Assembly: GCA_905215015.1 (NCBI GenBank)
Contig: CAJMOS010000004.1
Span: 1,050-65,049, forward strand
DNA from: an uncultured bacterium
Lineage (GTDB): Bacteria; Spirochaetota; Spirochaetia; Sphaerochaetales; Sphaerochaetaceae
Reading direction: 5' to 3'
DNA: 64,000 nucleotides
Shown: piece by piece, positions 62,662 through 64,000 of the stretch
Position numbering within the stretch: position 1 is the stretch's first letter
Layout: the number at the start of each line of letters is the position of its first letter
Program-made: the position numbers and the translations under genes
Notes under the pieces: model-generated
What the model was told of the DNA's origin: nothing
The model's input: the letters and a program-made list of their open reading frames with translations, nothing else
Database searches by the model: none

Positions 62662-63927
62662 ATGGCAAGACTGGCCTTTTCTTATCTTGACAACAGTGGA
62701 CTTTTCGATAGGGCGGAATTCGAGAAAAAAGTAGCCTCGAACCTTCCGATTCTCCGCATCGTCCGGAACGGAGAAGCGAGGTATTCCGGATCGCTAGGCT
62801 GGCATGAGGTGGAAAAGTGGGCTGGCGATGGACGTCTGAGAGAATATGAGTATCTTGCGGATGAAGTCAAGGCCAATGCCGATGCTTTGGTAGTAATCGG
62901 AATCGGTGGTTCCAACCAAGCAGCAAGAGCCGTTTATGAGGCTCTCGGACGGAAAAGCGGCACCGAAATCATCTGGGCAGGAAATACAATTTCCCCTGCC
63001 TCCATAAATGCCGTGCTTCAATCCTTGGAGGACAAGAAGAACATTTATATTGATTGCATTGCAAAGAACTTCGAGACTCTGGAGCCGGGAATTACTTTCC
63101 GGGTGATGCGAGATTTCCTAAGAAAGAGATATGGAAAGGATTATGCCTCCCATGTAATCGTCACTTTTACAGAAGGAACTGCCGCATGGAAGATGGCTCT
63201 AGAGAAAGAGTATTCGATTCTTCCATTTCCTTCGGACATTGGTGGGAGATATACCGCACTGTCTCCAGTTGGTCTATTTCCTCTTGCGGTCGCAGGTCTT
63301 GACATCAGGGCGATTGCGGAAGGTTCAGCCGAGATGGAGAAGTTTCTTAAAAATGACATTTCTTCTTCCAACATCGCCCTCCGATATGCAACGGCAAGAA
63401 CTGAATTGTATGCAAAAGGAAAGGTGGTGGAGCTTCTTTCGTATTTCGAACCTAGATTTTTCCGGTTTGCCAAATGGTGGAAGCAACTTTTTGGAGAAAG
63501 CGAAGGAAAGGATGGCAAGGGACTCCTTCCCATGGACACCTGTTATTCTGAAGATCTCCATTCCTTAGGGCAATTTGTCCAAGACGGTACGCCAATGCTT
63601 TTCGAGACATTCCTTGATGTTGGCAGGAAGGACTCTTCCTATGTGCTTCACAACGATGATGTGGAGGATGGTTTTTCCTATCTCGATGGGAAAGATTTCT
63701 GGGAAATCAACAAAGCCGCCTACAAGGCAACCCTTTCCGCCCACTCCCGGAGATTTCCTTGTCTCGTCATTGACGTCCCTTCTTTGGATGAGAAGAACTT
63801 TGGGGCGCTGTTTTATTTCTTCCAGTTTGCCTGCTACATTTCCTGCAACATTACCGGAGTGAATCCGTTCGACCAGAACGGAGTTGAAGCTTACAAGCGC
63901 GACATGTTCAGGCTTTTGGGAAAATGA
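62662..63927 (+). CDS. pgi: Glucose-6-phosphate isomerase (short bacterial type)
   Basis: The start is set at ATG 62662, with AGGAG 8 nt upstream. Blocks are LGWHEV, VVIGIGGSNQAARAV, DIGGRYTALSPVGLFP, WWKQLFGESEGKDGKG and LHSLGQFVQDG. Confidence 0.88.
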   Translation: MARLAFSYLDNSGLFDRAEFEKKVASNLPILRIVRNGEARYSGSLGWHEVEKWAGDGRLREYEYLADEVKANADALVVIGIGGSNQAARAVYEALGRKSGTEIIWAGNTISPASINAVLQSLEDKKNIYIDCIAKNFETLEPGITFRVMRDFLRKRYGKDYASHVIVTFTEGTAAWKMALEKEYSILPFPSDIGGRYTALSPVGLFPLAVAGLDIRAIAEGSAEMEKFLKNDISSSNIALRYATARTELYAKGKVVELLSYFEPRFFRFAKWWKQLFGESEGKDGKGLLPMDTCYSEDLHSLGQFVQDGTPMLFETFLDVGRKDSSYVLHNDDVEDGFSYLDGKDFWEINKAAYKATLSAHSRRFPCLVIDVPSLDEKNFGALFYFFQFACYISCNITGVNPFDQNGVEAYKRDMFRLLGK

Positions 63928-63956
63928 AGATTGCCGATAGGAGGAGAAGAATTCTG

Positions 63957-64000
63957 ATGGAAAAATACAAAAATTCCTTGTTGCCAGTGGAAGAGAGAGT
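63957..64000 (+). CDS. 5' end of an unidentified CDS (partial); the N-terminus resembles glycoside hydrolase family 3 leaders
   Basis: An ATG at 63957 is preceded by AGGAGG. The peptide MEKYKNSLLPVEER... runs off the window. The product guess rests on only 14 residues. Confidence 0.3.
   Translation, partial: MEKYKNSLLPVEER

Larger units (their letters stand above)
45100..64000. other. Lower-GC accessory/catabolic block extending to the window end
   Basis: G+C drops visibly just after the pheT terminator and stays lower through all the genes to 64000. I recognised no mobility genes. Confidence 0.55.

Noticed and set aside
1-64000. CRISPR arrays, rRNA genes, transposases/IS elements, prophage genes
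   Set aside because: I saw no regularly spaced direct repeats, no rRNA-like sequence, and no ORFs with DDE, tyrosine-recombinase or serine-recombinase hallmarks on either strand.

Overview
This is a 64-kb, densely coding bacterial chromosomal window that is mostly G+C-rich by eye. The gene content (archaeal-type PheS/PheT, many sugar, peptide and amino-acid ABC importers) fits a saccharolytic spirochaete-like organism, but I cannot verify the taxon without a search. The backbone holds the following, in order: MazG-like and HAD genes; a DeoR-flanked ketose/polyol ABC-uptake locus with a PfkB kinase; a DctP-like binding protein plus a YesM/YesN-type two-component module, divergent from livHMGF and its binding protein; tRNA-Cys; AlaX; purB; a PotD-like binding protein; XRE/brnQ; purA-PRT-hpt; an AEC transporter; a fused TPP-dependent E1 alpha-beta; and pheST. 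Two stretches look compositionally foreign. (1) About 27.2-33.4 kb is a sharply AT-rich island holding a single 1985-aa ORF. Its order is DUF4011-like region, SF1 (Upf1-like) helicase with a very long insertion, Vsr/DUF559-like endonuclease, then a duplicated DUF3320-like tail. That matches the single-gene Hhe anti-phage architecture as I recall it. It is preceded by an unexplained ~400-aa N-terminal extension with a transglutaminase/papain-like Cys-His core. A backbone-composition AAA-ATPase/PD-(D/E)XK nuclease gene and apparent gene remnants lie next to the island. This is the best candidate for a new or variant defence module. (2) From about 45.1 kb to the window end is a lower-GC catabolic block: a NitT/TauT-type ABC system, a histidine kinase with a LuxR-type regulator, an Opp/Dpp-type ABC importer, two signal-peptide-less Cys-type sulfatases, a ROK regulator, a degenerate alpha/beta hydrolase and pgi. 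Two of its promoters carry a nearly identical AT-rich palindrome. I recognised no rRNA, CRISPR array, transposase or integrase.
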